NCBI GenBank assembly: GCA_051294375.1
Contig: JBJCIZ010001275.1
Span: 1-8,799 of the forward strand
Direction of reading: 5' to 3'
DNA from: Paraspadella gotoi
Taxonomy: Eukaryota > Animalia > Chaetognatha
Length of the DNA stretch: 8,799 nt
The translations under genes and the position numbers were made by a program. The notes under the pieces are model-generated. The model did not search any database and was not told the DNA's origin. It was given only the letters and a program-made list of their open reading frames with translations. Of the stretch, positions 6,754 through 8,799 are shown in pieces; positions within the stretch are counted from its first letter, which is position 1; the number at the start of each line of letters is the position of its first letter.

Positions 6754-8280
6754 AAAGACTCAGCAGAAAGAGATAGAGAGTGGGACCCAAGCGAGTAATA
6801 GTTCATCATCCGTCACTTCTATCGATAAAATAATCGGGCAAACTTGGTCTTGGTGGGAGATATAAGTGATAGGAGTCTGTTCTCTCTGGATATTTCATCT
6901 CGATCGGTCCAGAGTGGCTCGCAATGATGTGAGGAGGTTGAGTAGACACTATCAGTGAGCACCTACGTATCCCGACGTCCAGCAGTAACGTCACTTGCCG
7001 CGAGAATCATGGAGTCGCTCTACTAATAGGTTAAATCGAGAGGTATGTTCCGGATGTTCAGAATGTCATCTCACTTTTAGTCGGGATGGCGTGAGAGCCA
7101 AATGTCATGAGCCGCAGACATGAAGTCGCTTTTCGTTTCTCTTCAACGGAAGAATAGAGAAGACGTCGAAATACCCACTTAAAAGTCTCGCGGCGGCTGC
7201 GGTGCTCGAGTGCCGTTACAGGAACTGGAGCATTCGTCTTTCGAAGTTAACGGGTTCTGTTCTTTTCCGTTTCTTAATATGATCGGTTAGGATCCCCTGC
7301 GTGTCAGAAGCCGTGTGACGAGATCCGTGTCTACGAAAGCCGGTGGCGCTTAATACGGCGTCAATGTGGAACATCGACATTCGAATTTAAATGTGAGGTT
7401 TTCAGCTGTTTATCTTATTTTAATTATCAATACTCCAGTCTTAATGATCTAGCATCTGGAAAACGAATTAGTAACAGACCACGCGTGCAAACGAGGCGAC
7501 GCTTGGAGACTTTTACGTTAGATCTGTAGAACGGAAATCTTTGTAGCGGTAGCCTACTTTCATACCCCGCTACTCGTTGGAGAATCAGGCAGCACCGTCA
7601 TCGAGGCCGGAGGTAGCACAGTAGCCTGACCCTGCCCTAAACCCCAGCACTCGGGTCGCGTCCCCGATGCTAGGATGTCAGACAGGCGCTCCACAAGGGA
7701 CAAGCCGAGCCGTGGGGAGCACGCTCGGGGGCAGCCGGAGCCGTCTGCGTCAAATATCCCGCGAGGGCAGCGACCATCGTACTGTGCACGCGAGCCCCTC
7801 ACATAAAGCCCCATCCGAAGTCGGGAACCTTGTGTGCCGGCGGGCACGGGTAAAGTATAATGGATTCGCCGAGCAATCGTGCGTCCGTTATCGAAGCACT
7901 GCGTCTATTTATTCCAGAATATAACAATATTATTGTCACTGCGCGATCTCGAGAAGAGGGCTAGCACGATCTCCATGGCAACGGTGAAGGGAAAAGGAAG
8001 GGGTGTTGAAATGACGCGATTGCGAAAAAGACCACGGCGACGCGACAGCGTGTGGGATTTTTGGACGACGACGTCTTTTTTTCCTTCCCTGACTTCACAT
8101 TGATCTGAGTCGCCGTCCGTAAGTTTTTTTTTCAACCTCGTTTCCTCAGATGTTGCTACGTCGCAATTTTTCGAAAATTCATCCAACTCGATCAATATTC
8201 CCCGGCGGACGAGAGCAATCCTCTCGGCCTGCCTCCTCTTGGGGTTTTTCTCGATAAACCTCTCCGAACCTAACTACAAA

Positions 8281-8287
8281 TATAAAA
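8281..8287 (+). promoter_or_regulatory. Candidate TATA box
   Basis: TATAAAA upstream of a pyrimidine tract and a CAAAATG start context at 8600-8606. Short motif that can occur by chance. Confidence 0.2.
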
Positions 8288-8360
8288 TCATCAATCTGCT
8301 AATTCCTCGCGCCCTTATCCGGTATACTTTAAATCATCCCTGACGAAATCGTCTAAACAA

Positions 8361-8442
8361 TCTCTCCCTCCCACCTCTTGCTCCTGCTCTGTCTCTCTTT
8401 CTCTCTCTCTCTCTTCTCTCACACCTCCTCTTCCCTCCCCTC
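8361..8442. repeat. CT-rich polypyrimidine tract
   Basis: Imperfect (CT)n/(CCT)n with a core at 8392-8420. Confidence 0.9.
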
Positions 8443-8733
8443 AAGCCCCACAGCGACCTCGTCTCGCCTCGTCGCCCGGTGCTGCCAATCTTCTCCTTTT
8501 ATTCTCTTCCGCTCGTCGCATCAATCTGTCGCCGGGCCATTTTGTCTTTGTTTACTCTAAGCATAAACGGTCGTCTCATCGAGAGAAAAGACGAAAAAAC
8601 AAAATGTCGGTCGAAAGCTTAAAAGAGTTTTTAAAAAGGGCGGGAATTTTTTTTTTGCTTACTCATACTGTTTATGCATTTTATGCAAATTATCGAAAAA
8701 TTGTTCGGAGCGCACGTTCTCCCCCTCTCGGAG

Positions 8734-8738
<5 letters not shown>

Positions 8739-8789
<51 letters not shown>

Positions 8790-8797
8790 AGAGAAGA
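8739..8797. repeat. (AG)23 microsatellite with degenerate tail
   Basis: Perfect AG run 8739-8784 followed by an imperfect GA tail. Confidence 0.97.
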
Positions 8798-8799
8798 TC

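Noticed and set aside
5788-6790. Stack of overlapping ORFs on both strands, up to 201 aa
   Set aside because: They are explained by low-complexity T-rich, AACGCC and GA tracts that lack stops. Several have non-ATG starts and none shows a recognisable domain.
2868-7193. Exact 12-mer AAAGTCTCGCGG at 2868 and 7182
   Set aside because: About two repeated 12-mer pairs are expected by chance in 8.8 kb, and the match does not extend.
7560-8195. ORFs of 74-96 aa in a GC-rich block
   Set aside because: No recognisable motif; open frames on both strands are expected at this GC content.
8340-8349. CTGACGA hammerhead-like core
   Set aside because: No stem II followed by GAAA and no flanking stems.

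Overview
Eukaryotic genomic DNA, not prokaryotic: long (GA)n/(CT)n tracts, spliceosomal GT..AG signals and an AT-rich/GC-rich mosaic with abundant CpG. A fungus or an invertebrate both fit, and I cannot assign the taxon. I recognise no intact known gene, rRNA, complete tRNA, CRISPR array or transposase, and most supplied ORFs look spurious. Well supported: microsatellites, a 33-bp tandem duplication, two strand-biased motif clusters and several palindromes/hairpins. Tentative: a tRNA-derived (SINE-like) fragment at the left end, and scattered + strand exon-like segments with F-box-like and LRR-like peptide motifs broken by stops, next to AT-rich DNA with a RIP-like dinucleotide skew. These could be a decayed F-box/LRR gene. 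I found no convincing evidence of a new biological system; the findings are testable leads only.
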